Shown here one piece after another: positions 18,666 to 29,235 of a DNA stretch of 38,626 nucleotides. The notes under the pieces are model-generated. The model saw only the letters and a program-made list of their open reading frames with translations. It searched no databases and was not told the DNA's origin. How positions within the stretch are numbered: position 1 is the stretch's first letter; each line of letters starts with the position of its first letter. The DNA is from an uncultured Bacilli bacterium (GTDB lineage: Bacteria > Bacillota_I > Bacilli_A > RF39 > UBA660), in NCBI GenBank assembly GCA_944363675.1, contig CALVUT010000040.1, positions 1 through 38,626 of the forward strand, in the 5' to 3' direction. The position numbers and the translations under genes were made by a program.

Positions 18666-21600
18666 TAAGGACACTCTTCTTAAATTTATAAAATTTGCTT
18701 CTCAATTTTACAAAGCAAGTTACTATAGCTATGATAATGTTTTAAATTTGTATAATTTAACTGATGGTAAAGGCAAAAAGTTTGCTACATATGATGATTG
18801 GAATCGTAATGGTAGACGTATAAAAAGAGGAGAACACGGGTATCGTATATTAACAGATAATCAATGGAAAATAGTAGTTTTTGATATATCACAAACTTGG
18901 GGAAGAACTATAAATTTTTCATTATTTAATAAAAGGAAAACACCAGTAATTCTTGAAAATCTGATTAGTGAATATAATTTAGATAATCTTGATAAAAATG
19001 ATGAAGAAGATAAAAATTTTTATAAAACAATTTATGATATTAGTCTTAAAATGATTGATAAAAAGCAATATGGGTTTTCTGATTCAGAAAAGTCATTTGT
19101 ATCATGTGTAACAGCATTATTAGTTTTAAATCGATGTGATTATATTATTGATAACTTAGCAGATGAATATTTATTTTTGAATGGCAATGATAATAATTCC
19201 TATTTATTAGATACAGCATATTATTTTTATAAAAACTTAATGTTTAAAATCAAAGATTTAGAAAAAAAATTAGAACCTTTAGAAAAAAGTCCTATTCAGT
19301 TAAGTGAAGAGAGTAGTGAAGAAATCAATCAAGAACGAGAACCAATAATTGCTTTGCAATCTTCACTTTTTTCTTTAGAGGAGTCAGAAGAAGAGAAAGA
19401 GCTAAAACATTTGTTAAAAAACGGAAATAATTTTTCTAAAGGTGATCAAGTAATTTATCGTATTATAACAACAGTTTCTGATAAAAAAGAAGCAATAAAA
19501 AAATTAAAAGAGTCTTTTGGAACAGGTGGTTATTCTTATACTTATTTAGATGGAGAGAGTGGTTTTGTTGATTATGATTCAAAAGGAATAACTATTTATC
19601 CTAATGATGAATATGAGTTGCCAATGGAATATAATTGGGATAAAGTATATGAATTTTATCAAATTTTAATTGCTAATAGAGAGTTTCCAGAAAAAAATCT
19701 TTTACGAAAATTAGAAAACCTAGAATCGAATAAAAGTAAAATATTAAATAATGTTTATCATATAACCGATTTGGATATGGCTTATCAATTTTTAGATATT
19801 GTGTATGACAAATATCCTTTAGATGAACTGAAAGAGCTAATTGATAAAATAGATAATGATAAAAGATTTATTGAGAATTATTATGAAACTTTGGAAGATA
19901 TAGAGCAAGCTACCAATCTATTAGATAATCTTATAGAAAGCAAAAAAATTAAAAAAGAAGATGTATTTTCGATAAAAACAACACAAGCTGAATATCCCCA
20001 AAAAGAAATTACAATTTCACTTTCTCCATTTTCCAAAATAAAAAGTGTATCTAGTAAAAAAGAGAAAGAACAACAAGTTTTGGATTTATTTGAAAGTGAT
20101 AGTTCCCAAGAAGAAAACTCCATTGATCAACAAGAACCATTTTATCAAGTAGTTGAACAAACAAATACTCCTACAAGCGACGTTGAGCTATCTGACAAAG
20201 AAATAGCTTCTTATGATACTGATAGAAACAAATTAGATAATCATGAAGAAAAAGAAATTTCAAACAGCAATTATTATATTGAAAATAATATTACATATGG
20301 TAGTGAAAAAACAAAGTACAAAAACAATGTTGCAGCAATTAGACTTTTAAAAAAATTGGAAAAAAACAATGAAATGCCCACTAAAGAAGAACAAGATATT
20401 TTAGCAAAATATTCGGGTTGGGGAGGAATAGCAAGTGCATTTTCTTCTACACGTAATGATTGGTCTAATGAATATGAAGAATTAAGAGGATTATTAATTA
20501 ATGGCGAAGATGAAACGGATTATGAAAAGGCACGTGAGTCAACTCTAACATCTTTTTATACTCCAAATAATGTAATTAAAGCAATGTGGAAAATAATTGA
20601 AAAATTTGGTTTTAGAAATGGTAATATTTTAGAACCCTCAATGGGTATTGGAAATTTTTTTGGAAATATTCCTAAACAATTCGAAAAATCAAAACTTTAT
20701 GGTATTGAACTTGATAATATTAGTGGTAGAATCGCTAAAATGTTATATCCTAACGCGAATATAGAGATAAATGGGTATGAAGAAACCAATTTTCAAGATA
20801 ATTTTTTTGATTTAGCGATTAGTAACATTCCATTTGGAAATTTTTCGGTTTTTGATAGAAAATATAAAAATAGTAATTTTTTGATTCATGATTATTATTT
20901 TCAGAAAACTTTAGATAAGCTTCGAGCAGGAGGCATTGTTGCTTTTATAACTTCCACAAGTACTTTAGATAGAGCTGATAACAGCATACGAAAATATATT
21001 GCTGAACGTGCAGAATTAATTGGCGCCTTTCGTTTACCAAATACCACATTTCAAGAAATAGCCAACACTAAAGTATCATCAGATGTGATTTTTCTTAAAA
21101 AAAGAGACAAATTGGATTTGTCTACTAATCCTTCATGGTTAAATGTTAGTCAGAATGAAGATGGAATTCCTATAAATAATTACTACTTAGAACATCCAGA
21201 AATGTTACTCGGAAAAATGGAGTTTGACGCTTCCATGTATGGTAACGAAAAAAATACTTCGTTGCATTCATTTGATGATGTTACGCTTGATGAGTTGTTA
21301 GATAAAGTGGTTGACTCTTTTAAATCAAACATTTATACTCAGGTTGAGTTAGAAGACAAAAATCAGCAAGACATCATTCCAGCACTTCCTAACCTAAAAA
21401 ATAATGCTTATGTATTAATAGAAGACACATTATATCAGAGAAATGATTCAATTATGATTCCACTAAAAAATCAAGAAGGAAAAATAGCCAGTCGTATCAA
21501 AGCTATGATAGGGGTACGTGATAAATTAAAAGAAGTATTTGATGTTCAATTGCGTGATGGAAGTGATGAGGAATTAAGTATAGCTCAAAAGCAGTTAACA

Positions 21601-24600
21601 ATTGAGTATGACTCTTTTGTTGAAAAATATGGTTTTCTTAACAATAAAGCAAATTTACAGGCTTTTTCCGACGATCCAGATTGTTATCTGATTTCTTCTA
21701 TCGAAGATGAATATAAAGAAAATGATATTGTACTTTACAAAAAGGGGGATGTATTTTTTAAGAGAACCGTTAGAAAATCAAAAGACTTATTGCAGGCTGA
21801 AACTCCAATGGAAGCACTAACAATTTCCATTCATGAACGAAATTATGTTGATTTATCATTTATGAAGAGCCTTATTAATATGAGTGAAGATCAAATAATA
21901 GAACAATTAGATGGCATTATTTATAAAGAACCGACAATATCTAAAGAACGTGGTGAAGATTTTTGGGTGGTAGCTGATGAATATTTATCAGGAAATGTCA
22001 GAGAAAAGTTAAAACAAGCAGAATTATTAAATGAGAACGGTTCTTTGGATAAAAATATAGAAGCCTTAAAAGCAGTGCAACCTGAAGAATTGACAGTGGA
22101 TGATATTGATATTTCTTTGGGGGCCGTGTGGATTCCTCCGAGAATCATAAAAAAGTTTTGTATTGATTTATTAGATATTTCATATTACTACCGAGATTAT
22201 TTGTTTGTTGATTACGTACCTGAAACCAATTTATGGGTATTACAAAGATCAGGAGTTCAATTTGATAGTGAGGTAAAAAATACCAAAACTTGGGGAACAA
22301 AAAGAGCAGACGCATTAACACTTATTAAGTGCTCTCTTAATTTAAAAAATATTTCTGTTTACGATAAAACTGATGATGGTGCATCTATCTTTAATCCTAA
22401 AGAAACTGCTATAGCGCGTGAAAAGCAAAATGAAATTAAAGAAGAATTTAACAACTGGATTTTAAAAAATGAATATGTAAAAAATGAACTGGTAGAAATT
22501 TATAATGAAAAATTTAACTCAATTCGTTTGAGAGAATATGATGGATCATACTTAGAATTTAAAGGAATGGCCACAAATATAAATTTAAGAACTCATCAAA
22601 AAAATGCTATTGCTCGTATTTTACTAGGAGGGAATACACTACTGGCTCATAGTGTAGGAGCTGGAAAAACTTTTGAGATGGCTGCAGCATGTATGGAATT
22701 GAAACGCTTAGGAATTGCCAATAAACCAATGATTATAGTTCCCAATCATTTAACAGAACAATGGGGAAAAGAATTTGTAAGATTATATCCTTTTTCTCAC
22801 ATTCTGGTTGCAACCAAAAAAGATTTTCAGAAGATTAATCGCCAAAAATTTATGACTCGTATAGCAACAGGGGAATGGGATGCAGTAATAGTCGGACACA
22901 GTTCCTTTGAAAAAATACCAGTTTCAAAAGAACTACAATTAAACCATATTAATAATGAAATAAAAAATATAGAAATGGCAATCGAACGACTTAAAATGGA
23001 ACATGGCGAAAGATTTAGTGTAAAAAAAATGGAAGCTATGAAAAAAGGTCTAACTAAAAAGTTTCAAAAATTATTGAGTGAAGAAAAAAAAGATGAAACC
23101 ATTAATTTCGAGCAATTAGGTGTGGACTATTTATTTGTTGACGAAGCACATGAATTTAAAAATTTAGCTCTATTTTCTAAAATGACCAATGTGTCTGGTA
23201 TTAGCTCTGTTGCCAGTCAGAAAGCTAGCGATTTATATATGAAAATTAGATATTTGGATTCATTAAAACCAAATAATTGTGTTGTATTCGCTACAGGAAC
23301 ACCAATCTCAAATTCAATTGCAGAACTGTATACTATGCAAAAATATTTGCAATATAACACTTTAAAACAAATGGGACTTGAGTATTTTGACAGTTGGGCT
23401 AGCGTTTTTGGACAAACTATTACAACATTAGAACTATCCCCTGATAATGGTGGATTTAGAAATAAAACTAGATTTGCAAAATTTAATAATGTTCCAGAGT
23501 TATTAAATTTGTTTAAAAATATTGCTGATGTTCAAACAGCTAAAACATTACAGTTGCCAGTTCCAAAGCTGAAATTTAATCGTTATGAAATTATTTCGGC
23601 ACCAAAAAGTAATGAGCTATCACAGTATATTGAAGAATTGGTACGACGTAGTGAGGATATTAAAAATAATGTTGTAGCTCCATATGAAGATAATATGTTA
23701 AAGGTAACGAATGATGGTAGAAAAGCTGCACTAGATTTGCGATTAATAGATGAAAATATGCCTGATTTACCTGATAGCAAAATAAATTTAGCAGTTAATA
23801 ATATAACCCAGATATATAACGATACTAAGAAAGACAATTTAACTCAATTAGTATTTTGTGATTTATCTACACCTAAAGCAGACAAGAGTTTTAATATTTA
23901 TGATGATATTAAAACTAAGCTTATCAAAAATGGAGTAGAGGAAAATGAAATAGCATTTATTCATGATGCTGATACTGAACAAAAGAAAGCTGAATTATTT
24001 GAAGATGTACGGACAGGTAAAATAAGAATACTTCTAGGCTCAACCTTTAAAATGGGTGCTGGAATGAATGTTCAAAACAAATTAATTGCATTGCATCATT
24101 TAGATTGTCCATGGAGACCTAGTGATATAGAGCAGAGAGAAGGTCGGATACTTCGTCAGGGAAATGAAAATGAAGAGGTTCAGATTTTTCGATACGTAAC
24201 GGAAAGTTCATTTGACGGATATTCCTATCAATTAATTGAAACTAAAGCCAACTTTATTAATCAAATTATGACTTCTAATGTTAGTGCTAGAACCATGGAA
24301 GATGTTGATAATAGTGCTTTAAGTTATTCTGAAGTTAAAGCTATTGCAACTGGAAATCCACTCATTATGGAAAAGTTTAAAGTTGAAACTGAATTAAAAC
24401 AAATTACCCTATTAAAAGCCAAATATGATTCATCTAAAAAAGAAATGGAAAATGACGTATTAATAAATTATCCTAAAGAATTGAATGAACATAAACAAAT
24501 TTTAAAATTAATTGAGCAAGACTTGCCATTGGTAGTTGATACATCAGGCGAAAATTTTTGCATAGAAATCATGGGGACGGTATATGATGAACGTTCTAAA

Positions 24601-25032
24601 GCTAGTGAAAAGTTTGCAACATTAAATTCTATCTTAAAATTAGAGGAAAGAGTTCTTGGACACATTAGTGGTTTTGAAATAGTAGGAAGTAAAGACCAAG
24701 TTATGAATTTATCTCACTTTTATTTAAAGGGGGCATACAAATATCCAATAGAAACATCATCTAGTTCTTTAGGAAACATCATTAAAATTGAAAATGTATT
24801 AAAAAATATTGAAAATCGCAAAACTATTGAAATAGAAACGATTGATAAAATTAATAAAAAATTAAGCCAAACGCAAGAAGAGTTAAAAAAACCGTTTAAT
24901 AAAATAGAAGAATTAAAAGAATTATTGTTGAAAAAAAATAAAATATATAAAGAATTAGGAATTGATCAAGACGAAGAACAAATAATGTTTGATAATGAAT
25001 TAAATGCAAAACAATATGAACTAGATTTATAA
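18658..25032 (+). CDS. DarB-like giant protein: ArdC-like N-terminal domain, N6-adenine methyltransferase, SNF2 helicase
   Basis: [31 protein letters not shown] (ArdC-N); [20 protein letters not shown] (MTase); [29 protein letters not shown] (SF2). RBS GGGGG favours ATG 18658. Confidence 0.92.
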   Translation: MNDKDTLLKFIKFASQFYKASYYSYDNVLNLYNLTDGKGKKFATYDDWNRNGRRIKRGEHGYRILTDNQWKIVVFDISQTWGRTINFSLFNKRKTPVILENLISEYNLDNLDKNDEEDKNFYKTIYDISLKMIDKKQYGFSDSEKSFVSCVTALLVLNRCDYIIDNLADEYLFLNGNDNNSYLLDTAYYFYKNLMFKIKDLEKKLEPLEKSPIQLSEESSEEINQEREPIIALQSSLFSLEESEEEKELKHLLKNGNNFSKGDQVIYRIITTVSDKKEAIKKLKESFGTGGYSYTYLDGESGFVDYDSKGITIYPNDEYELPMEYNWDKVYEFYQILIANREFPEKNLLRKLENLESNKSKILNNVYHITDLDMAYQFLDIVYDKYPLDELKELIDKIDNDKRFIENYYETLEDIEQATNLLDNLIESKKIKKEDVFSIKTTQAEYPQKEITISLSPFSKIKSVSSKKEKEQQVLDLFESDSSQEENSIDQQEPFYQVVEQTNTPTSDVELSDKEIASYDTDRNKLDNHEEKEISNSNYYIENNITYGSEKTKYKNNVAAIRLLKKLEKNNEMPTKEEQDILAKYSGWGGIASAFSSTRNDWSNEYEELRGLLINGEDETDYEKARESTLTSFYTPNNVIKAMWKIIEKFGFRNGNILEPSMGIGNFFGNIPKQFEKSKLYGIELDNISGRIAKMLYPNANIEINGYEETNFQDNFFDLAISNIPFGNFSVFDRKYKNSNFLIHDYYFQKTLDKLRAGGIVAFITSTSTLDRADNSIRKYIAERAELIGAFRLPNTTFQEIANTKVSSDVIFLKKRDKLDLSTNPSWLNVSQNEDGIPINNYYLEHPEMLLGKMEFDASMYGNEKNTSLHSFDDVTLDELLDKVVDSFKSNIYTQVELEDKNQQDIIPALPNLKNNAYVLIEDTLYQRNDSIMIPLKNQEGKIASRIKAMIGVRDKLKEVFDVQLRDGSDEELSIAQKQLTIEYDSFVEKYGFLNNKANLQAFSDDPDCYLISSIEDEYKENDIVLYKKGDVFFKRTVRKSKDLLQAETPMEALTISIHERNYVDLSFMKSLINMSEDQIIEQLDGIIYKEPTISKERGEDFWVVADEYLSGNVREKLKQAELLNENGSLDKNIEALKAVQPEELTVDDIDISLGAVWIPPRIIKKFCIDLLDISYYYRDYLFVDYVPETNLWVLQRSGVQFDSEVKNTKTWGTKRADALTLIKCSLNLKNISVYDKTDDGASIFNPKETAIAREKQNEIKEEFNNWILKNEYVKNELVEIYNEKFNSIRLREYDGSYLEFKGMATNINLRTHQKNAIARILLGGNTLLAHSVGAGKTFEMAAACMELKRLGIANKPMIIVPNHLTEQWGKEFVRLYPFSHILVATKKDFQKINRQKFMTRIATGEWDAVIVGHSSFEKIPVSKELQLNHINNEIKNIEMAIERLKMEHGERFSVKKMEAMKKGLTKKFQKLLSEEKKDETINFEQLGVDYLFVDEAHEFKNLALFSKMTNVSGISSVASQKASDLYMKIRYLDSLKPNNCVVFATGTPISNSIAELYTMQKYLQYNTLKQMGLEYFDSWASVFGQTITTLELSPDNGGFRNKTRFAKFNNVPELLNLFKNIADVQTAKTLQLPVPKLKFNRYEIISAPKSNELSQYIEELVRRSEDIKNNVVAPYEDNMLKVTNDGRKAALDLRLIDENMPDLPDSKINLAVNNITQIYNDTKKDNLTQLVFCDLSTPKADKSFNIYDDIKTKLIKNGVEENEIAFIHDADTEQKKAELFEDVRTGKIRILLGSTFKMGAGMNVQNKLIALHHLDCPWRPSDIEQREGRILRQGNENEEVQIFRYVTESSFDGYSYQLIETKANFINQIMTSNVSARTMEDVDNSALSYSEVKAIATGNPLIMEKFKVETELKQITLLKAKYDSSKKEMENDVLINYPKELNEHKQILKLIEQDLPLVVDTSGENFCIEIMGTVYDERSKASEKFATLNSILKLEERVLGHISGFEIVGSKDQVMNLSHFYLKGAYKYPIETSSSSLGNIIKIENVLKNIENRKTIEIETIDKINKKLSQTQEELKKPFNKIEELKELLLKKNKIYKELGIDQDEEQIMFDNELNAKQYELDL

Positions 25033-25054
25033 AAATATTTTTGCTAAATAGTAC

Positions 25055-25085
25055 TTGATTTTTTTGGGGATTTGAGTGATAAATT
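25055..25085 (+). promoter_or_regulatory. Putative promoter
   Basis: TTGATT followed by extended -10 TGaTAAATT; 19-nt spacing is non-optimal. Confidence 0.4.
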
Positions 25086-25098
25086 GTTTGAAACAAAA

Positions 25099-25203
25099 AA
25101 GCGTTTTTAGACTGTTTATAAGATTGTGATTTAGAGTAATGCCAGCGTTTTATCTACTGGACGTCATAAAATTAATCAACGTAATACGGGCTTAAAAATG
25201 CTT
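25099..25203. repeat. Long imperfect inverted repeat (structured leader)
   Basis: AAGCGTTTTTAGACTGT pairs with ACGGGCTTAAAAATGCTT; inner arms GATTGTGATTT/AAATTAATC and CCAG/CTGG. Confidence 0.65.
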
Positions 25204-25219
25204 CTGAAGGAGGAAGATT

Positions 25220-25735
25220 ATGAAAGAAAAAATTAGTGAGCAAACAAAAGATGCAGTAATTCAATTTAGAAAGCTGGAGGATTCTAATAAGCTTTACTTT
25301 ATGAGTGTAATATTAAACCACTTGACGAATGGTTTAATTAATGATGGAAATTATTTAGATAGTGATACTGCTTATGATAATAACAAATTAGTGTTAGACT
25401 CAAACAGTATTAATTTTGATGATCCTATGAAACTTGCAACAGAACTATTAATTTTAGCAGCTAAAAAGGAAAATATAACTTTGGATCCGAATGGTATTGA
25501 TATAGAACCATATGTAAAAAATAAAAAAGCAATAGAACCAGGGCTGTCATCTTTTTACAAACTGAAATTATATGACAAAATAGATTTTTTGATGGAAACG
25601 TTATATGACATATCAGAAATTGATGAAGTAGAAAAAACAGAATTTGATTTTAATGAATTAATTCATGAACTATTAAATTATCAAGAAGAATATTTTGGCT
25701 TTGATGAAGAAAATGAAACAATGTTAGAAACATAG
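25220..25735 (+). CDS. Acidic hypothetical protein with internal duplication
   Basis: Strong RBS AAGGAGG; FRKLEDSNKLYFMSVIL resembles FYKLKLYDKIDFLMETL. Confidence 0.8.
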   Translation: MKEKISEQTKDAVIQFRKLEDSNKLYFMSVILNHLTNGLINDGNYLDSDTAYDNNKLVLDSNSINFDDPMKLATELLILAAKKENITLDPNGIDIEPYVKNKKAIEPGLSSFYKLKLYDKIDFLMETLYDISEIDEVEKTEFDFNELIHELLNYQEEYFGFDEENETMLET

Positions 25736-25762
25736 TGAAATGTATGATTTATGCCGAGAAAA

Positions 25763-25874
25763 TCCATTGACAATAGGCATTTAAAATTTGTCATGCTAAA
25801 AGCAAAAGCAACATGTTTTTTGTTGCTTTTGTCGTAATTAACAGAATTTTAAATGGGTTCCTGTTGTCAATGGA
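25763..25874. repeat. 112-nt nested hairpin; inner stem may also act as a terminator
   Basis: TCCATTGACAATAGG/CCTGTTGTCAATGGA, CATTTAAAATTTGT/ACAGAATTTTAAATG, CAAAAGCAACA/TGTTGCTTTTG. Confidence 0.8.
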
Positions 25875-25968
25875 GGAATTGGAATAAATGGATTATAAAA
25901 ATTTAAAAAAGTTGTTATGAAGATTTGATATGGGTATGTAATACTGGCTGTTGAGGGGGGTTGGTATT

Positions 25969-26181
25969 ATGAATTACGGAGAAAGAAGTGATAAATATAA
26001 GGAAATAATTGAGGAATACGTTTATATGAAAACTATGCTATCACAAATTAGCATGGTAATAAGTGAAGAAGAATATAAAAGAATAAAAAAATTAATCGAC
26101 GAAAATTATTTAAAAAAAATAGCATTATATATCCCGTATCAAGACTTTATATCATCTAAAAAAATTTTAGTGAGTGTTTGA
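25969..26181 (+). CDS. Small SHOCT-like protein upstream of the recombinase (candidate recombination directionality factor)
   Basis: ML...ISEEEYKRIKKLIDENY pattern typical of small genes before Firmicutes large serine recombinases; RBS GAGGGGGG before ATG 25969. Confidence 0.6.
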   Translation: MNYGERSDKYKEIIEEYVYMKTMLSQISMVISEEEYKRIKKLIDENYLKKIALYIPYQDFISSKKILVSV

Positions 26182-26202
26182 TTTCAATATTATAGAAAGG
26201 TT

Positions 26203-27999
26203 ATGAATAATATGGAAGATAAAACACTTAAAACAAAAGAAATTAATTTTGATGAATTAAAAGAAGGTAAAAATGTAATAACTAAAGAATTTGCACAATC
26301 TTATACGAAAATGCGTTTAAAGGTAGCTGCATATGTTAGAGTAAGTACTGATTTTGAAGAGCAACAAACAAGTTTTCATTCTCAATATGTATATTATGAT
26401 GGATTAATTAAGCAAAATCCAAACTGGGAATTTGCAGGAATATATGCTGATGAGGGTCTTTCTGGTACACAAACCAAAAATCGCGATTCTTTTAATAAAA
26501 TGATAAAAGATGCGCTTAATGAGAAAATCGACATGATTATTACAAAGTCTATTTCAAGATTTGCTAGAAATACTGTAGATACACTAAATATTGTAAGGTT
26601 GCTGAAATCACATAATGTTGATGTATTTTTTGAAAAAGAAAATATACATACTTTTTCTGTTACTAATGAGCTCTTTTTAACATTGTATAGTGCGTTTGCT
26701 CAAGCAGAAAGTGAATCTATTTCGGAAAATATGAAGTCTGGATTGCAAATGAAAATGAAACGTGGAGAATATGTTGGATGTCCTGAGTGTTATGGCTATG
26801 ATTGGAATAAAGAAGCAAAAACTTTGGAGATTAATACTGAAAAAGCTAAAATCGTTAAAAGGATTTTTGAAGAATATGCTCGAGGATATGGTTCTGGCAG
26901 GATTTGTAAAGGATTAAATAATGACAAAATACTTAGTCCAACTGGAAAAAGATGGAGTCCATCTACCATTCGAAGATTACTATTTAACGAAAAATATTTA
27001 GGTGATCTTTGTACTGGAAAAACCTTTGTTGAAAGCCCTGTAACTCATAGAAAGAAAATGAATCAAGGTCAATCTAAACAATGGTATACGGAAAACAAAC
27101 ATGAAGCAATTATCTCAAAGGAGTTGTGGATGAAAGCACATGAAATGTATAAAAAAAGAAGCGATAAATCTAAAAATCATCGTGATAAATATAGTAGAAG
27201 ATACGCTTTTAGCAGCAAGATTTATTGCGGATTTTGTGGAGAACGATTTGTAAGAAGATCTTATATAAAAAATAAAAAAGATATGAACAGTGAAAGAGTA
27301 ATATTTTGGGGATGTAGAAGTCAATTTCATGAAATCTCTTGTGAGAATAAAATTAAATATAAAGATGAAGAGCTAAAAAAAATGTTTGTGTTTTTATTTA
27401 ATCAATTATATAGTGATAAAGATAAATATGTAAAACAGTTTTTACATTATGTAGATACAGTATTGAATAAAGATAACATAGAAAAAGAAATTTATTCATT
27501 AGAAAAAGAACGTGATATGATTGTACAAAAACAATCAAAACTATTGGATTTAGCCCTAGACAATAAAATATCTAAACAAGTTTTAGATAGTAAAATGGCT
27601 GAATTAGATATAAAACACGAAGAAATAAAAGAGGCTTTAGAAAAATTACATCAACATTCTCAATTGAAAAGTGAAAAAATTGCACAAATGAATAAGATAA
27701 TTAGTATAATTGAAGAAAAACGCGAATTAAAAGAATTTGACGATGACATATTTGAAGCTTTAGTAGATAGGATTGTGATTGGAAAAAAATTAGATGATGG
27801 TACTTTTGATTACAAAAGCATACAATTCATTTTAAAAACATCTGAAATAATTACGAATGAAGATATAAAAGGCTTGATTTCAGAGAAAATAAATGATAAA
27901 TTTAGTACGTATAATGAATCCTTGCGCGTAACGAGCGAGGATAAAAAAACTGGCTTGACTGCATATAGGTGCGCCAAGCGATTATGGTTACGCAACTGA
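26203..27999 (+). CDS. Large serine recombinase (integrase)
   Basis: VAAYVRVST catalytic Ser, YADEGLSG, KSISRFARN, recombinase domain (YGY, NEKYLG, HEAIIS), Zn ribbon CGFCG...WGC...C, coiled coil. Confidence 0.95.
   Translation: MNNMEDKTLKTKEINFDELKEGKNVITKEFAQSYTKMRLKVAAYVRVSTDFEEQQTSFHSQYVYYDGLIKQNPNWEFAGIYADEGLSGTQTKNRDSFNKMIKDALNEKIDMIITKSISRFARNTVDTLNIVRLLKSHNVDVFFEKENIHTFSVTNELFLTLYSAFAQAESESISENMKSGLQMKMKRGEYVGCPECYGYDWNKEAKTLEINTEKAKIVKRIFEEYARGYGSGRICKGLNNDKILSPTGKRWSPSTIRRLLFNEKYLGDLCTGKTFVESPVTHRKKMNQGQSKQWYTENKHEAIISKELWMKAHEMYKKRSDKSKNHRDKYSRRYAFSSKIYCGFCGERFVRRSYIKNKKDMNSERVIFWGCRSQFHEISCENKIKYKDEELKKMFVFLFNQLYSDKDKYVKQFLHYVDTVLNKDNIEKEIYSLEKERDMIVQKQSKLLDLALDNKISKQVLDSKMAELDIKHEEIKEALEKLHQHSQLKSEKIAQMNKIISIIEEKRELKEFDDDIFEALVDRIVIGKKLDDGTFDYKSIQFILKTSEIITNEDIKGLISEKINDKFSTYNESLRVTSEDKKTGLTAYRCAKRLWLRN
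27950..27998. other. Putative attR junction (crossover near 27972-27976)
   Basis: Host-like frame CCA AGC GAT TAT GGT TAC GCA (PSDYGYA) starts at 27974. Immediately upstream that frame reads LHIGA and then hits a stop (27956-58), not the GLMY recalled for this family. Confidence 0.65.
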
Positions 28000-28309
28000 T
28001 GGCAGTAGTCTAGATAATATGACTATACAAGAATGCTGGGAATTTCCTTTGGCTAATTGGGATGGATTGTGTTCGGCTCATTGGATGCCTTATTCGACTT
28101 GGACTATCACTCCTTCGTCAAGCAATTCGACTGCTGTTTTTTCCAGTGGGGACAGTGGCCAATTGGACTCTATGAGGGTGAACTATTCTTCCATTTTTGG
28201 CTTTGGAGGCGGTATTGGGGCAACTCCTGTAGTTTATCTTTCTGCTAATGTAAGAATTGTTTCTGGAACAGGAACTGAAGATGATCCGTACATTTTATCT
28301 ATTGGGTAG
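27974..28309 (+). pseudogene. C-terminal fragment of a host surface-protein gene interrupted by the ICE
   Basis: PSDYGYATD...WTITP...GATPVVYLSANVRIVSGTGTEDDPYIL; C-terminus homologous to 28430-29122; no RBS or N-terminus of its own. Confidence 0.75.
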
Positions 28310-28394
28310 GATCATTAATTACAAAGTATCAAGACAAGCAACCTGTATTTCAATGAATAGAATGAAGTGACATAGGAGGAAAAAGAAAAAGCAA

Positions 28395-29122
28395 ATGAAA
28401 ATAAAATATTTTTAGGTATCTCTATTTTAATGATTTTAGGAAGTATTATAGCTATAGGAAATAGACCAGTTCATAATTTTATTGAATATGATGAGAATAC
28501 TACCTTAGCTTTATTTGATGAAAATGGCGAGAAGATTGACAAAGTTCCTTCTAAAGATAGTGGATACACATTAGATACGGAAAGATCTGGTTGTTCGAAT
28601 GGAAGCATTTCTTGGGATGCTGAATTCTGGAGTCCTATTGTTACTGTAAATAGTGAAGTAAATGGCAGAGTAAGTTGTATTCTATATTTTAAAGAGATAA
28701 CTGCTTATGATAAGTGTATTATGGAATATGGGAGTGATTCGGCGCAATGTAATATTTTAGCTGATTTAGATGAAGAAGTTTGTCCAACAGTAGATGAGAA
28801 TGGCAACGTTTTAGTAAGTTCTGCTGAAAGTGAAAATGGTTATTTATGTAGTGTGCCAGATGATTATGGCACAAGTTATTATTACCGAGGAAATGTTACA
28901 AATACTAAATACTATCTATATACAGGATATAATTACTGGGCTATGACACCAGCTAGTTATGTAAATGGTAATGCGATTGCTCGTTACATTGATGCTAGCG
29001 GTTTTGGAAGTAACTATGATGAAGTCTATGAATCATATGGTATTAAACCTGTCATAAATCTAAAAGCAAATAGTCTAAAATCTGGCGATGGAACAATGGA
29101 AAATCCATACAGTATACTTTAG
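28395..29122 (+). pseudogene. Second paralog of the same exported protein family, probably degenerate (start frameshift and internal deletion)
   Basis: ORF 28430-29122 ends YWAMTP...GIKPVINLKANSLKSGDGTMENPY. Its signal-like helix extends upstream of ATG 28430, while ATG 28395 is out of frame by one base. YYYRGNVTN joins directly to TKYYLYTG. Confidence 0.55.
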
Positions 29123-29127
29123 TTAAT

Positions 29128-29158
29128 AGGTGAGTAATTCGAATATGCTTACCTTTTT
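29128..29158 (+). terminator. Intrinsic terminator
   Basis: AGGTGAGTA...TGCTTACCT stem followed by a T-run. Confidence 0.6.
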
Positions 29159-29235
29159 CTTTTGAAAAATAAGTTTGTTCGCTAGTAATTTGCCCTGATT
29201 GATGATATACTTAAGTAGCAAGGTGGGTGATGAAC

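Larger units (their letters stand above)
1..27973 (+). mobile_element. Integrative conjugative element (right part; left end outside window)
   Basis: Co-oriented T4SS genes, coupling protein, relaxase, oriT-like region, DarB-like protein and terminal large serine recombinase, followed by a truncated host gene and housekeeping genes. Codon style visibly changes (more C-ending codons in dnaE/polC). Right boundary is approximate. Confidence 0.9.

Noticed and set aside
18658-25032. Restriction-modification or anti-phage defence system
   Set aside because: No nuclease or specificity subunit recognised; the architecture matches the methylase-SNF2 proteins common in Firmicutes ICEs.
28019-28309. 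Independent 96-aa gene starting at ATG 28019
   Set aside because: No RBS, and the family motif continues upstream to 27974, so it is better read as a gene fragment.
27974-29122. Diversity-generating retroelement, since the C-termini resemble lectin-like variable domains
   Set aside because: No reverse transcriptase in the window and no near-identical TR/VR pair differing at adenines; the paralogs are diverged throughout.
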